A DNA stretch of 64,000 bases from the NCBI GenBank assembly GCA_051362555.1, contig CM120643.1:8556001-8620000 (forward strand). Direction: 5' to 3'. Both the position numbers and the translations under genes were made by a program. The DNA is from Lingula anatina (lineage: Eukaryota > Animalia > Brachiopoda). The first letter of the stretch is position 1, and the number at the start of each line of letters is the position of its first letter. Below the pieces are notes generated by a model. The model saw nothing but the letters and a program-made list of their open reading frames with translations. It ran no database searches and had not been told where the DNA came from. Of this stretch, positions 63,827-64,000 are shown piece after piece.

Positions 63827-64000
63827 GTATGGTGTGAAAAGGAAGAAGACGTACTATGAATAAAAATAAAAAATCATCCCTGATACATCTTTCATTCAAA
63901 ATCAACCGTACCGGTATGGTCAAATTGAAGTTGTATATAATGCTTTTAAAATATCATATGGCAACTGTAAACAGTAATAAGCAAATAATAAATTTTGAAA

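Larger units (their letters stand above)
719..64000 (+). repeat. Tandem segmental duplication array, ~20.1-20.9 kb unit (3 full units plus a partial one)
   Basis: Start codons at 1001, 21941, 42054 and 62554. Introns and spacers align between units. Sequence upstream of ~719 does not match the inter-unit spacer, so copy A is probably the first unit. Confidence 0.95.

Overview
AT-rich animal genomic DNA, probably a mollusc or similar invertebrate (inferred from intron style, frequent TACATGTA and the repeat families). It holds a head-to-tail array of ~20.5 kb units, each a 33-coding-exon xanthine dehydrogenase/aldehyde oxidase (molybdo-flavoenzyme) gene on the + strand. Copy A (1001-19378, 1331 aa by my exon sum) and copy C (42054-59987) are intact, copy B (21941-39964) has an in-frame TAA and is a probable young pseudogene, and copy D (62554 to the window end) shows only its first four exons. 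Main points: (1) introns 2 and 3 are adjacent U12-type introns, and intron 3 has no usable AG and apparently ends in TG in all four copies; (2) U12 intron 2 holds a GC-rich hairpin/pseudoknot element whose apical segment is complementary to the branch point/3' splice site region, a candidate splicing-control RNA; (3) the proteins have an XDH-like scaffold but aldehyde-oxidase-type FAD/NAD and substrate-pocket residues that differ between paralogs; (4) the array is a recombinant mosaic with a ~40.6 kb higher-order repeat. Introns carry many copy-specific transposon insertions (LINE, MITEs, Helentron-like, EnSpm-like, TTAA-type) whose empty sites are visible in the paralogs. Reference residue numbers are recalled bovine/human XDH and AOX1 positions aligned by eye, not computed.
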